Source: an uncultured SAR86 cluster bacterium
Lineage (GTDB): Bacteria > Pseudomonadota > Gammaproteobacteria > Magnimaribacterales > D2472
NCBI GenBank assembly: GCA_902520495.1
Contig: CABYNW010000002.1
Span: 67,785 to 131,784, forward strand
Reading direction: 5' to 3'
Length of the DNA: 64,000 nt
The notes beneath the pieces were generated by a model that was not told where the DNA came from, searched no databases, and saw nothing but the letters and a program-made list of their open reading frames with translations. Shown in pieces: positions 49,498 through 58,817 of this stretch. The position numbers were made by a program, and so were the translations under genes. How positions within the stretch are numbered: position 1 is the first letter of the stretch; each line of letters opens with the position of its first letter.

Positions 49498-50847
49498 ATG
49501 GGTATTAGATTTCGAATATTCATAATAATATTGATATCAATGGGTCTGGGTGTTCTTGTTGCAAACATCTTTGCATCAGTTTCAAATATTTCATTATTAA
49601 TAGCTTCACTTTTTTTATTTATCTTAGCCACAGCTACATCTACCTATTTTGCAAACTTTACTTTTAAAAGCATAACCGATCTTGAAAAAGCAACTTCTAA
49701 GATTGCTGAAGGAAAAACTAAAAAGAAATATATTAATGCTCTTAAGATTAATGATACTGAAATTGGTGGTGTTGCAAAAAGTATCTTCGAAATTTCTGAA
49801 AATCTTAAAGATAAGATAAATCTTATTGCAACACAAAGAGATCAATTTGGATCTGTTCTTGATGACTTAGGAGAGGGTGTTATTGTCGCGAATCAAGATG
49901 GACAAATTAAATATGAGAATGACCAATTTTCACAAATACTTAACCTTAATGAAGTAAATGGTAAGAAAATTGAAGAATTAAATATAAAACCATTGGATAA
50001 TCTATTTAGAAGATCAAAAAAGAAAAAACGTGCTGATATTGAGTTTGAAATTGAACTAAATGACAAGTCAATCAGATGGGTTTTAGCGACAATAAACAAA
50101 TCAAAAAGTACTAATGAATTTATTATGGTTGTGCATGATATAACTCAGCTAAGAAGCTTTGATTCAATGAGGAGAGACTTTATTTCAAATCTCTCACATG
50201 AATTGAGAACCCCTGTCAGTGTTATAAGAGCAAATTCAGAAACATTGATTGATGGAGCTTTAGAAGACAAGAAACAAGCTAAAGTTTTTGCAAAAGCAAT
50301 TTTACATAATTCACAGAGACTATCTGATATGGTCTCATCACTTTTAGACCTTACAAGAATAGAATATGGCGAGCTTAAATTAAACTTTAAACAAATAGAT
50401 TTAAATGAATTTATTAATAATTTTATTACCTCTATATCAAGCTTATCTAAGAAGAAAAATATAAACATAAAATTTCAATCAAACCATAAGGGCGATATTT
50501 ATGCAGACCCTCAAGCAATTGAAAGAATTATGAATAATTTAATAGATAATGCTATCAAATATTCAGAAAAAGGTTCTGAAATTCTAGTAATTACAAAAAA
50601 TGATTCTGATTCTTTTATCAAAGTAATGGTAGAAGATAGCGGTTCTGGTATTTCAGATGAAGATCAAGACTTTATCTTTGGTAGATTTTATAGGACTGCA
50701 TCGGCAAGGGCTACGGATAATCAAGGCAGTGGCTTAGGTCTCGCAATTGTTAAACACCTTGTAAATAGCTTAAATGGTGAAGTTGGAATTGATTCAGCAC
50801 CTGAAAGGGGATCAGTTTTCTGGTTTACAGTTCCAAAGACTCAATAA
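49498..50847 (+). CDS. phoR: Sensor histidine kinase, PhoR-like (TM-PAS-HisKA-HATPase)
   Basis: It has N-terminal TM helices, a PAS-like middle segment, an H-box RRDFISNLSHELRTP, an N-box NLIDNAIKYS and a G-box GSGLGLAIVKH. It starts 3 nt after phoB. Confidence 0.65.
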   Translation: MGIRFRIFIIILISMGLGVLVANIFASVSNISLLIASLFLFILATATSTYFANFTFKSITDLEKATSKIAEGKTKKKYINALKINDTEIGGVAKSIFEISENLKDKINLIATQRDQFGSVLDDLGEGVIVANQDGQIKYENDQFSQILNLNEVNGKKIEELNIKPLDNLFRRSKKKKRADIEFEIELNDKSIRWVLATINKSKSTNEFIMVVHDITQLRSFDSMRRDFISNLSHELRTPVSVIRANSETLIDGALEDKKQAKVFAKAILHNSQRLSDMVSSLLDLTRIEYGELKLNFKQIDLNEFINNFITSISSLSKKKNINIKFQSNHKGDIYADPQAIERIMNNLIDNAIKYSEKGSEILVITKNDSDSFIKVMVEDSGSGISDEDQDFIFGRFYRTASARATDNQGSGLGLAIVKHLVNSLNGEVGIDSAPERGSVFWFTVPKTQ

Positions 50848-50883
50848 ATAATCTTTACAATTATCAATTAAATGCATAGAATA

Positions 50884-50923
50884 TGTAACAAGTTTGTAAC
50901 AATTTTGTAACATACTTGTCAAG
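50884..50923 (+). promoter_or_regulatory. Four direct heptamer repeats with exact 11-bp phasing (Pho-box-like array)
   Basis: TGTAACA occurs at 50884, 50895 and 50906, and TGTCAAG at 50917. The spacers are AT-rich 4-mers. A possible -10 (ATACTT) lies at 50912-50917. Confidence 0.45.
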
Positions 50924-50935
50924 CAGGAGCTAAAA

Positions 50936-51022
50936 ATGGCTAGATCTATTTGGAATAAATTTCATTCACTAATGAAATCTGGAAGACTGACTAAAGTTAT
51001 TAGAGTTTCAGGACTTAACTAA
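50936..51022 (+). CDS. Possible 28-aa basic peptide (MARSIWNKFHSLMKSGRLTKVIRVSGLN)
   Basis: CAGGAG precedes the ATG, with 5 nt between its last G and the ATG. This is the best SD in the spacer, but the ORF is very short and I recognise no family. Confidence 0.2.
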   Translation: MARSIWNKFHSLMKSGRLTKVIRVSGLN

Positions 51023-51071
51023 TAATGATTCATATTAAAAACTAAGCTAGAATAATAGCTCGTTTTTAATT

Positions 51072-51470
51072 ATGAACTTTATTAGACTCAAGAAGATTAT
51101 TATCTTCATATTTACTGCCCCTGCATTATTATTATCATGTATTTTAATATTTAATCTTTTTAATAAACCTCTAATAAAATCTGTAGAAACGTCTGGAATA
51201 AGAGATTTTGCTTTTAACACACCGATTGATTCTGCTTTAAAAGTCGAAGATCAGTCGATGGGCGCTATAGCTTTTGACTTTGAATTGATAGGTTATAGAT
51301 CTGGCTCATCTGAATCATCTGTAATATTAAAAAAAGGGAATAAAGAATATTTTGTTGTTGAAGGTGAAAAATTAGTTGGAAAATTTGAATTGATTGAAGT
51401 TAATAAAGATGAAGTTATATTTCGCAACGACGAAAAGTTATATAAAATTAAGAATCTTGTAGGCAAATAA
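51072..51470 (+). CDS. gspC: Short GspC-like T2SS protein (TM plus HR domain only)
   Basis: It is 132 aa with one N-terminal TM helix. A beta-rich segment (FELIGYRSGSSESSVILKKGNKEYFVVEGEKLVGKFELIEVNKDEVIF) is typical of the GspC HR / PilP-like domain. It sits immediately before gspD. Confidence 0.55.
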   Translation: MNFIRLKKIIIFIFTAPALLLSCILIFNLFNKPLIKSVETSGIRDFAFNTPIDSALKVEDQSMGAIAFDFELIGYRSGSSESSVILKKGNKEYFVVEGEKLVGKFELIEVNKDEVIFRNDEKLYKIKNLVGK

Positions 51471-51473
51471 TAT

Positions 51474-53321
51474 ATGTACATATCAATTAAAAAAATTCTT
51501 ATTATATTTCTCTTAATTTCTGTTGATAACATAAGCGCACAAGATACATTTATATTAAATTATGAAGATGTTGATATAAAAAAAGTAACTCAGGACATTG
51601 CTCAATTTTCTAAAAAAACCATTATTCTAGATCCAAGAGTTAAAGGAAAAATTACTATATATTCAAATGCAAATCTTAATAGAGATCAAGTTTGGAATGT
51701 GTATTTAAGAACCATTCAAGTAAATGGATTCAGTACAATTTCAGAGGATGGATTTTTAAGAGTAATACCTGAAAATGAAGCTACAAGAGATAAAACGATT
51801 GATTCTTCCATGGGTGATTTTGAAACAGCAGTAATACCACTTAACAATAGGTCTACTGAAGAGATTTTACCAATGATTAAGCCAATCACTGGAAGACAAG
51901 CTCATTTATCTGCTATAGCTTCTATCAATTCTATTCTGCTTGTTGATCGAGCTAGTAACGTTTCAAGGATTAGAAATCTATTAATAGATTTAGACAAAAA
52001 TAATACTGCTAAGATTACAATAATTAAATTAGACAACCTTTCATCTATTGAGGCTGTAAGAATTTTAGATAGACTCAAAATTCAAAACAACCCAACAATT
52101 AATAATTTTGTTGCAATCCCATTTGCTCCATCTAATTCAGTTATTCTATCTGCTAATGACTTCATAACTAAAAATATTAGATCTACACTAAATATTTTAG
52201 ATAAAGACATAACCAACAATGATTCTTCTGATGTTATTTATTTAAAATATGCAAAAGCAGCTGATGTAGCTCCCATACTTAATTCAATTGCCAGTACTTT
52301 TGTAAGTGAATCAGAAGGTACTAAAACAGTTATTACACATCATGAAAAAACAAATTCTCTAATTATTTCTTCAGCTGAAGAAAATTTGAATGCTATAAAA
52401 AATATTATTGCCAAGCTTGATATTAGAAGGGCCCAAGTTTTGGTTGAAGCTATTGTTGTAGATTTATCTGAAAAAGCAGCTAGATCACTTGGAGTTGATG
52501 CAATTTTTACTGGAGATGATGACGATAGCATACCTATAGGAATAACTCGTTTCTCTGGAACAGAGCCTGATTTATTGGGCATAGTTGGAGCAGCCGATGA
52601 TGATACAAATGTATCTCTTACAACGACGGCAATTTCTTCTTTGTTAAATACACAAGGTTTGGTAGCTGGATTTGGTGATATGGAATCTGGAGAAGGTAAT
52701 TTTGTTGGAATTTTAAACGCAATAGCCTCCGACACCGATTCAAATATTTTATCCACACCTTCAATTTTAGCTATGGATAATGAGCCTGCAAGATTATTTA
52801 TAGGTCAAGAGATACCAATTACAACAGGTGAAAGCCTTGGCACAAATAACTCAAATCCATTTAGAACCACTTCACGTCAAGAAGTTGGAATTGAGTTAGA
52901 AATAACTCCACAAATTGATGAAGGAACGTCAGTAATATTAAATATTAAACAAGGTGTTTCAGGTATTGCTGGAGTTGCTCAAAGTGGAACAGATTTAGTA
53001 ACAAATAAGAGAGAAATAGAAACGACTGTTTTGGTAGATAATAACCAAATAATTGTTTTAGGTGGTCTAATCGATGAAGATATACAAGAAGTTATTTCAA
53101 AAGTTCCTGTTTTAGGTTCAATACCTTTAATTGGCAAATTATTTCAATCATCATCAAGCACAACGAGTAAGAAAAACTTAATGGTTTTTTTGAAGCCCAC
53201 AATTCTTATTGATTCCAATAGCGCTCAAGAAATCTCTCTAGAAAAATATAATTTTATAAAAGCCCAAAAAGAAATAGACAAGAATCTAGATATCATTGAT
53301 CTTTCAAAAAAGGCTGATTAA
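51474..53321 (+). CDS. gspD: T2SS secretin GspD
   Basis: It is 615 aa with a signal peptide and N-domains. The secretin core has LSTPSILAMDNEPARLFIGQEIP and VPVLGSIPLIGKLF. Confidence 0.9.
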   Translation: MYISIKKILIIFLLISVDNISAQDTFILNYEDVDIKKVTQDIAQFSKKTIILDPRVKGKITIYSNANLNRDQVWNVYLRTIQVNGFSTISEDGFLRVIPENEATRDKTIDSSMGDFETAVIPLNNRSTEEILPMIKPITGRQAHLSAIASINSILLVDRASNVSRIRNLLIDLDKNNTAKITIIKLDNLSSIEAVRILDRLKIQNNPTINNFVAIPFAPSNSVILSANDFITKNIRSTLNILDKDITNNDSSDVIYLKYAKAADVAPILNSIASTFVSESEGTKTVITHHEKTNSLIISSAEENLNAIKNIIAKLDIRRAQVLVEAIVVDLSEKAARSLGVDAIFTGDDDDSIPIGITRFSGTEPDLLGIVGAADDDTNVSLTTTAISSLLNTQGLVAGFGDMESGEGNFVGILNAIASDTDSNILSTPSILAMDNEPARLFIGQEIPITTGESLGTNNSNPFRTTSRQEVGIELEITPQIDEGTSVILNIKQGVSGIAGVAQSGTDLVTNKREIETTVLVDNNQIIVLGGLIDEDIQEVISKVPVLGSIPLIGKLFQSSSSTTSKKNLMVFLKPTILIDSNSAQEISLEKYNFIKAQKEIDKNLDIIDLSKKAD

Positions 53322-53323
53322 TT

Positions 53324-54817
53324 ATGGCTGAAGTTGAAAGCATTAAATCAGATGTTCTCCCATATGATTTCGTAAAAGAAAACGAAGTTATAGTTTCTGA
53401 AACAACCAATGGTTATGTTGCAACATCACCATATGAATTAACTTTAGATATATATAAAGAAATTCAAAGATATTTAAATTCAGACTTTGAATTTAAACAG
53501 TGCAGCACAGAAAAATTTAATGAAATACTTACTAGTTCTTTCTCATCAACCAATCACAATACTAATCTTTCAGAAGAGCTTTCAGACGAATTTGATCTTA
53601 AAGATTTTGCAGGAAGTATAAATGCAACAGAAGATTTATTAAGCGGCAATAATGACACGCCTATAATTAAATTAATTAATGGAATTATAAGCCAGGCTAT
53701 AAAGAGCAGAGCATCTGACATACACTTTGAACCATATGAAAACCACATAAAAATACGTTTTAGAGTTGATGGTATTTTAAAAGAGATTCTCAAGCAGGAT
53801 AGTAAAATTGCATCAATATTAATTTCTAGAATTAAGATTATTTCAGGTTTAGATATATCAGAAAGACGATTACCACAAGATGGAAGGGTCTCGCTGTCGC
53901 TCGGAGATAAAAATGTAGATGTTAGAGTTTCAACACTTCCATCATCTTACGGTGAGAGAATTGTTCTTAGACTGTTGGATAAACAATCTGCACAAATTAA
54001 TATCGATGATTTAGGACTTCCATCTGAAATTCTTTCAAACTATAAGACTTCATTAAAAGATTCTGAGGGAATAATTCTATTTACTGGTCCAACAGGATCA
54101 GGAAAGACGACAACTCTGTATGCCGGCCTTAGATATTTAAGTGATTCATCTCAAAATATCCTCACTGTTGAAGATCCTATTGAATATACCTTAGATGGCA
54201 TTGGACAGACTCAAGTTAATCCAAAAACTGGATATACTTTTGCAAAGGGCCTAAGAGCTATACTAAGACAAGATCCTGATGTTGTAATGGTAGGAGAGAT
54301 GAGAGATGTTGAAACAGCTCAAATAGGTATTCAATCGAGTTTAACTGGTCATCTCGTTTTATCAACTGTTCATACAAATAGTGCTGTTGCAGCTATTACG
54401 CGATTAAGAGATATGGGAATTGAATCCTTTCTATTAGCATCAAGTTTACGAACTATTATTTCGCAAAGATTAGTAAGGCGCTTATGTTCGTCTTGTAAAA
54501 TTGAAAACAAGCCATCAGCTGAATCAGTTAAAAATTTTAAAATAAATAAAAATTCAACTGTTTATACTCCAAATGGATGCAATGCTTGTAATGGAACAGG
54601 CTATCAGGGGAGAATTGCAATAGCCGAATGTGTTCAAGTAGACAAAAAACTTAAGGATCTGATCCACAACAATGCCTCAGAAAATGAAATATCAGATTAT
54701 GTCTTTAACGAAAACAAGTCTATCGATCAAGCTTCAGTTGATTTGATTTTAGATGGTGTTACATCTTGTGAAGAAATTATGAGAGTTAATAATATTAAAG
54801 AAGATGCCAGCATTTAG
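53324..54817 (+). CDS. gspE: T2SS ATPase GspE
   Basis: It has Walker A GPTGSGKTTT, RLPQDGR, EDPIEY, MVGEMRD and a tetracysteine CSSC...CNAC. Confidence 0.92.
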   Translation: MAEVESIKSDVLPYDFVKENEVIVSETTNGYVATSPYELTLDIYKEIQRYLNSDFEFKQCSTEKFNEILTSSFSSTNHNTNLSEELSDEFDLKDFAGSINATEDLLSGNNDTPIIKLINGIISQAIKSRASDIHFEPYENHIKIRFRVDGILKEILKQDSKIASILISRIKIISGLDISERRLPQDGRVSLSLGDKNVDVRVSTLPSSYGERIVLRLLDKQSAQINIDDLGLPSEILSNYKTSLKDSEGIILFTGPTGSGKTTTLYAGLRYLSDSSQNILTVEDPIEYTLDGIGQTQVNPKTGYTFAKGLRAILRQDPDVVMVGEMRDVETAQIGIQSSLTGHLVLSTVHTNSAVAAITRLRDMGIESFLLASSLRTIISQRLVRRLCSSCKIENKPSAESVKNFKINKNSTVYTPNGCNACNGTGYQGRIAIAECVQVDKKLKDLIHNNASENEISDYVFNENKSIDQASVDLILDGVTSCEEIMRVNNIKEDASI

Positions 54818-55994
54818 TTATACAGCAATAAATGAGGCAGGTATAAAAAAGAAGGGCATTCTTAGTGCAAATTCAGAAAGAGAGGCTCGAAGATTAGTTA
54901 AAGACCTCCAATTAACACCTTTAAAAATTACCGAATCAAAAGATATAACAAAATCATTAAAAGTAAAAAATAAAGATATTGTGATTATGACAAGGCAATT
55001 ATCAACATTGCTGGATGCAAATACTCCTATTGTTGATGCACTTGAAATAACAGCAAAGCAATTAAAAAATAAAGACCTTATATATGTATTATTTAGCCTT
55101 AAGGAAGACATTATTCAAGGAAAAAGACTTGGTAATTCTATGAAGAAATTTCCCAGTATATTTTCAGATACTTATATATCAATGGTCACAGCTGGAGACT
55201 CGTCAGGAAATTTAGATGTTGTTTTTTCAAGATTAGCAGACTATCTTGAAGAAAGTTCTTCTATAAGACAAAAGGTTCTTTCAGCTTTAACTTACCCACT
55301 GATATTAGTAGCATTTTCAATCATTGTAATAATGTCTTTATTGGTATTTGTCCTACCTCAGGTAGTAAATCAGTTTATTAAGGCTGGAGCTGAACTACCA
55401 CTTATAACAAAAATTTTACTAGGCATCTCTAGTAATATTATTCCTATAACTATAGTTATTATTTTAAGTGGTATTGGTTTATATCTGCTCTATAAAAATT
55501 ATACAAAAACAGTAAACAATAAAATTAAAGCACATAAAAAAATTCTTGAATTACCATTCCTAGGTAATTTTCTATTAAATTCAGAGCTAGAAAAGTTCTC
55601 AAGCACCATGGAGTTACTTTTGGCTTCAGGTACGAACCTAGATGTTGCTTTAGAAGAGTGTTCAAATGTGTTTAGTAATAAATATTTAGCAAATATTATT
55701 ATTAATTCAAAAAAAGATGTAATGGAAGGCAAAGATTTTATTAATTCACTCAAACAAGATGCAGCACTACCGGATATCTTCATTCAACTTGTATCTAGTG
55801 GATACAGATCAGGTAATTTAGTAAAAATGTTTAATAAAGTTGCACAATTCATGAAATCAGAAATTGAAAGCAAAAGATCAATTTTTTTATCTCTACTTGA
55901 GCCAATTGTAATTATTTTTATGGGCGGTTTTATTATGATGATTGTTCTAGCTATACTTATACCTATAATGCAAATGAATACATTGGCGATATGA
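54804..55994 (+). CDS. gspF: T2SS inner-membrane platform protein GspF
   Basis: It is 396 aa with duplicated GspF domains and three TM segments. The start overlaps gspE. Confidence 0.88.
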   Translation: MPAFSYTAINEAGIKKKGILSANSEREARRLVKDLQLTPLKITESKDITKSLKVKNKDIVIMTRQLSTLLDANTPIVDALEITAKQLKNKDLIYVLFSLKEDIIQGKRLGNSMKKFPSIFSDTYISMVTAGDSSGNLDVVFSRLADYLEESSSIRQKVLSALTYPLILVAFSIIVIMSLLVFVLPQVVNQFIKAGAELPLITKILLGISSNIIPITIVIILSGIGLYLLYKNYTKTVNNKIKAHKKILELPFLGNFLLNSELEKFSSTMELLLASGTNLDVALEECSNVFSNKYLANIIINSKKDVMEGKDFINSLKQDAALPDIFIQLVSSGYRSGNLVKMFNKVAQFMKSEIESKRSIFLSLLEPIVIIFMGGFIMMIVLAILIPIMQMNTLAI

Positions 55995-56434
55995 AAATAT
56001 TAAATAAAAATAGGAATAAAGGATTTACCCTTATTGAACTTATGGCTGTTTTAGTCATATTAGGTATTCTTGCCACAATAGTTGCTGTCAGTATTGATCC
56101 TGTTTTTCAAAGAGCTAATTTTGAAAAAATACGCGCTGATATGGCTAATACTAATAAAGCACTAGAGCTTTATAGATTCAATGAGCTTACTTATCCATCT
56201 ACCTCTCAAGGACTTGATGCATTGGTTGAACCTCATTCTGAATTAAAGAATCCATTTTTATATCCAGAAAGCGGCTACATATCCTCACTTCCTAAAGATC
56301 CTTGGGGAAGAGAATATATCTATGAGTATCCATCAAGAAGAAGTGCTAAATATGACTTATACACTCTGGGAGCTGATGGCTTAGAGGGTGGTTCTGGTGA
56401 GGATGCTGATGTTGGTAATTGGATGCAAGAATAA
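55991..56434 (+). CDS. gspG: Major pseudopilin GspG
   Basis: It has the prepilin leader plus KGFTLIELMAVLVILGILA, and LPKDPWGREYIY. Confidence 0.9.
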   Translation: MKILNKNRNKGFTLIELMAVLVILGILATIVAVSIDPVFQRANFEKIRADMANTNKALELYRFNELTYPSTSQGLDALVEPHSELKNPFLYPESGYISSLPKDPWGREYIYEYPSRRSAKYDLYTLGADGLEGGSGEDADVGNWMQE

Positions 56435-56918
56435 AAAAATATTTAAAGGTTTTACGTTAATTGAATTGTTGGTAGTTTTACTAATTATCGGTATTTCAAC
56501 TACTTTGATTACGCTAAGCTTTAACACAGTTAGTTCAATTGAAAAGCAAACAAATTCAGTAGAAGAATATTCAAGATTCTTAGCTGAAGAGAGTATAGTT
56601 TCAGGAAATATTGTTGCTTGGTATTTTAATAGCACAAATCAATACGCAACCTTTGTATCTGAGAATGGTGTAGAAAAAAAAATAAGCAATCTTGATAATT
56701 CTATTTGGGAAGACTCTTCATCACTAAGTAAAACATTTACATATTTAGATGGCATTAAAATTGATTTAGATAAAAATAAATTAGAGTCACCGCTAATTTT
56801 ATTCTATCCCTCTGGAGAAATTTCTGGTGGTGAAATCGATATATATTTTGAAGATTATATTCATCGTTTAGTTATTAAAAATAATGGAAAAATTTATAAT
56901 GAGATTATTGATTACTAA
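56409..56918 (+). CDS. gspH: Minor pseudopilin GspH
   Basis: It has KGFTLIELLVVLLIIGIS. The start is uncertain, because ATGs at 56388, 56403 and 56409 all overlap the end of gspG. Confidence 0.65.
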   Translation: MLVIGCKNKKIFKGFTLIELLVVLLIIGISTTLITLSFNTVSSIEKQTNSVEEYSRFLAEESIVSGNIVAWYFNSTNQYATFVSENGVEKKISNLDNSIWEDSSSLSKTFTYLDGIKIDLDKNKLESPLILFYPSGEISGGEIDIYFEDYIHRLVIKNNGKIYNEIIDY

Positions 56919-57279
56919 TCAATTTAAACGAGGGTTTAGCTTAATAGAAGTTGTTGTTTCTTTATTTATATTAAGCGTTTCAGTGATAACGATTTACAAC
57001 TTAATTATTTCTACAGCAACATCATCATTCGAACTTGAACAAAGATATTTAGCAAAAGAAGTTGCTAATAATCGAATTGCTTTAATCAATACAGTTGAAA
57101 AGCCTAAAAAGCCAGTTGTAAGAAACGGTGAAATGATTATGGGTGGTGAAAGATGGTACTGGAATGAATCCATTAAAAATGGTCCAACTAATGATTATTA
57201 TGAATATGAAATCTTAATAAGGTTAGCTGACCAAGAAAAGTATGTGTATTCAATTAAAGGATTTATAAATAATGAATAG
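56899..57279 (+). CDS. gspI: Minor pseudopilin GspI
   Basis: It has RGFSLIEVVVSLFIL, is about 126 aa, and is in the expected position. Confidence 0.65.
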   Translation: MRLLITNQFKRGFSLIEVVVSLFILSVSVITIYNLIISTATSSFELEQRYLAKEVANNRIALINTVEKPKKPVVRNGEMIMGGERWYWNESIKNGPTNDYYEYEILIRLADQEKYVYSIKGFINNE

Positions 57280-57859
57280 GGGGTTTACTCTAATCGAAGT
57301 TCTTGTTTCCTTGGTTATTCTATCTTTGATAACTGTTATTTCATCAAGCATTCTTCAATCATCATTAGATATAGAAAGAACAGTAAGTCAAAGACTCCAC
57401 TCGGCTAGGGCCTTAAATTTTTCATCTATCATTGTCAAAAGAGACATAAGACAGGCTATCAATGTTCCTTTAAGAGATAATTATGGAAATTTTTTAAATG
57501 GAGTAATGATAGGTAGTGATATCGATAATAAGATTTTATTTAATACAAGAATAAAATCCATTTCTAATGAGACTTCACCTATAAAGAGAATTGAATATAT
57601 TCTTGAAGAAGGCACATTTAAGAGAAAACAGTTTTATTCAGCAAATCCTTATAATATTGATGAATATTTTGATACTGAATTAATATCAGATGTCTCTAGA
57701 ATGAATATAGAATTCTTGCATGAACGTCAGTGGCATCCTAAATGGCCAATAAATTCTAATACAGAAAAGAAAATTCCAACCTTAATAAGGTTTGAATTTG
57801 AAAAAAATGGAAAAGAATATACCTGGATCATCGAACCAAATATTGATTATGTATTTTAG
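57272..57859 (+). CDS. gspJ: Minor pseudopilin GspJ
   Basis: It starts MNRGFTLIEVLVSLVILSL, is 195 aa, and is in the expected position. Confidence 0.65.
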   Translation: MNRGFTLIEVLVSLVILSLITVISSSILQSSLDIERTVSQRLHSARALNFSSIIVKRDIRQAINVPLRDNYGNFLNGVMIGSDIDNKILFNTRIKSISNETSPIKRIEYILEEGTFKRKQFYSANPYNIDEYFDTELISDVSRMNIEFLHERQWHPKWPINSNTEKKIPTLIRFEFEKNGKEYTWIIEPNIDYVF

Positions 57860-58817
57860 AGATAAAGGAGTCGTTTTAATTTCAATCCTATTGATAGTGC
57901 TGCTTCTATCCTCTGTAGCTGTAATTTTTGGAAACAAATATCTTCTTTCATTAAAAAGAGCTCAATTTATTGAATTTCAATCTATATCTTTAAATTCCTT
58001 TAGAAATATTGAATCTTTGTCTTATAAGGTAATTAGCAATGAACTTAGATTCAACTCCAATAAACTATCAAAAAATAATCCAATTCTAAAAAATAGTTTT
58101 AATTTTGATTCTGATAAATCAGAGGTTATAGGAAAAATAACCGATGCCTCTAATTGTTTTAATATTAATTCTATTGTTTTATTAAATGATGGGAATTATT
58201 TTGAAAACACTAAAACCACCAAAGCCTTTAAAGAATTAATGACATCTTTGGATATTGAAGAGAACATGATCAATGAGATGATAGACCAAATAATTGACTG
58301 GATAGATAAGGATTCAAATCCAAGAGCAAATGGATTAGAGGACTATTTTTATTCTGGTCCCTTGCATAGTCCAAGAGAGTATAGCGGCATGCGCTTATTA
58401 GTTTCTATAGATGAACTCAAGACAATTCCCTCAATAAAGAAAATTAATTGGAACTTAATCAAAGATAATTTTTGTGCAATACCAATAACATCAAATTTGT
58501 CTTTCAATATAAATACACTCTCAAAACAACATAATTATTTACTAAATTCAATGTATCCAAACATAGATCTAAAAGATGCTAATTATATAATTGATAATAT
58601 CCCTGATGAGGGTTTTGATAATGTAGACAATCTTCAAAAAGCATTTCCAGATTTAGATTTTAGTCTTACAAATGGAACAGTGAAATTTACTTCCAATATA
58701 TTTGAACTAAATACACAAATTCAATCTGATGATTTTTCAGCATCCTCAAAAAGCATCATAATTTATGAAGGTAATAAAAATGGCTATATTGCCTCAAGAA
58801 TTTATAATGGTATTTAA
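57849..58817 (+). CDS. gspK: Minor pseudopilin GspK
   Basis: It has an N-terminal TM helix (GVVLISILLIVLLLS). The calcium-site-like motif DWIDKDSNPRANGLEDYFY is typical of GspK. Confidence 0.75.
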   Translation: MYFRDKGVVLISILLIVLLLSSVAVIFGNKYLLSLKRAQFIEFQSISLNSFRNIESLSYKVISNELRFNSNKLSKNNPILKNSFNFDSDKSEVIGKITDASNCFNINSIVLLNDGNYFENTKTTKAFKELMTSLDIEENMINEMIDQIIDWIDKDSNPRANGLEDYFYSGPLHSPREYSGMRLLVSIDELKTIPSIKKINWNLIKDNFCAIPITSNLSFNINTLSKQHNYLLNSMYPNIDLKDANYIIDNIPDEGFDNVDNLQKAFPDLDFSLTNGTVKFTSNIFELNTQIQSDDFSASSKSIIIYEGNKNGYIASRIYNGI

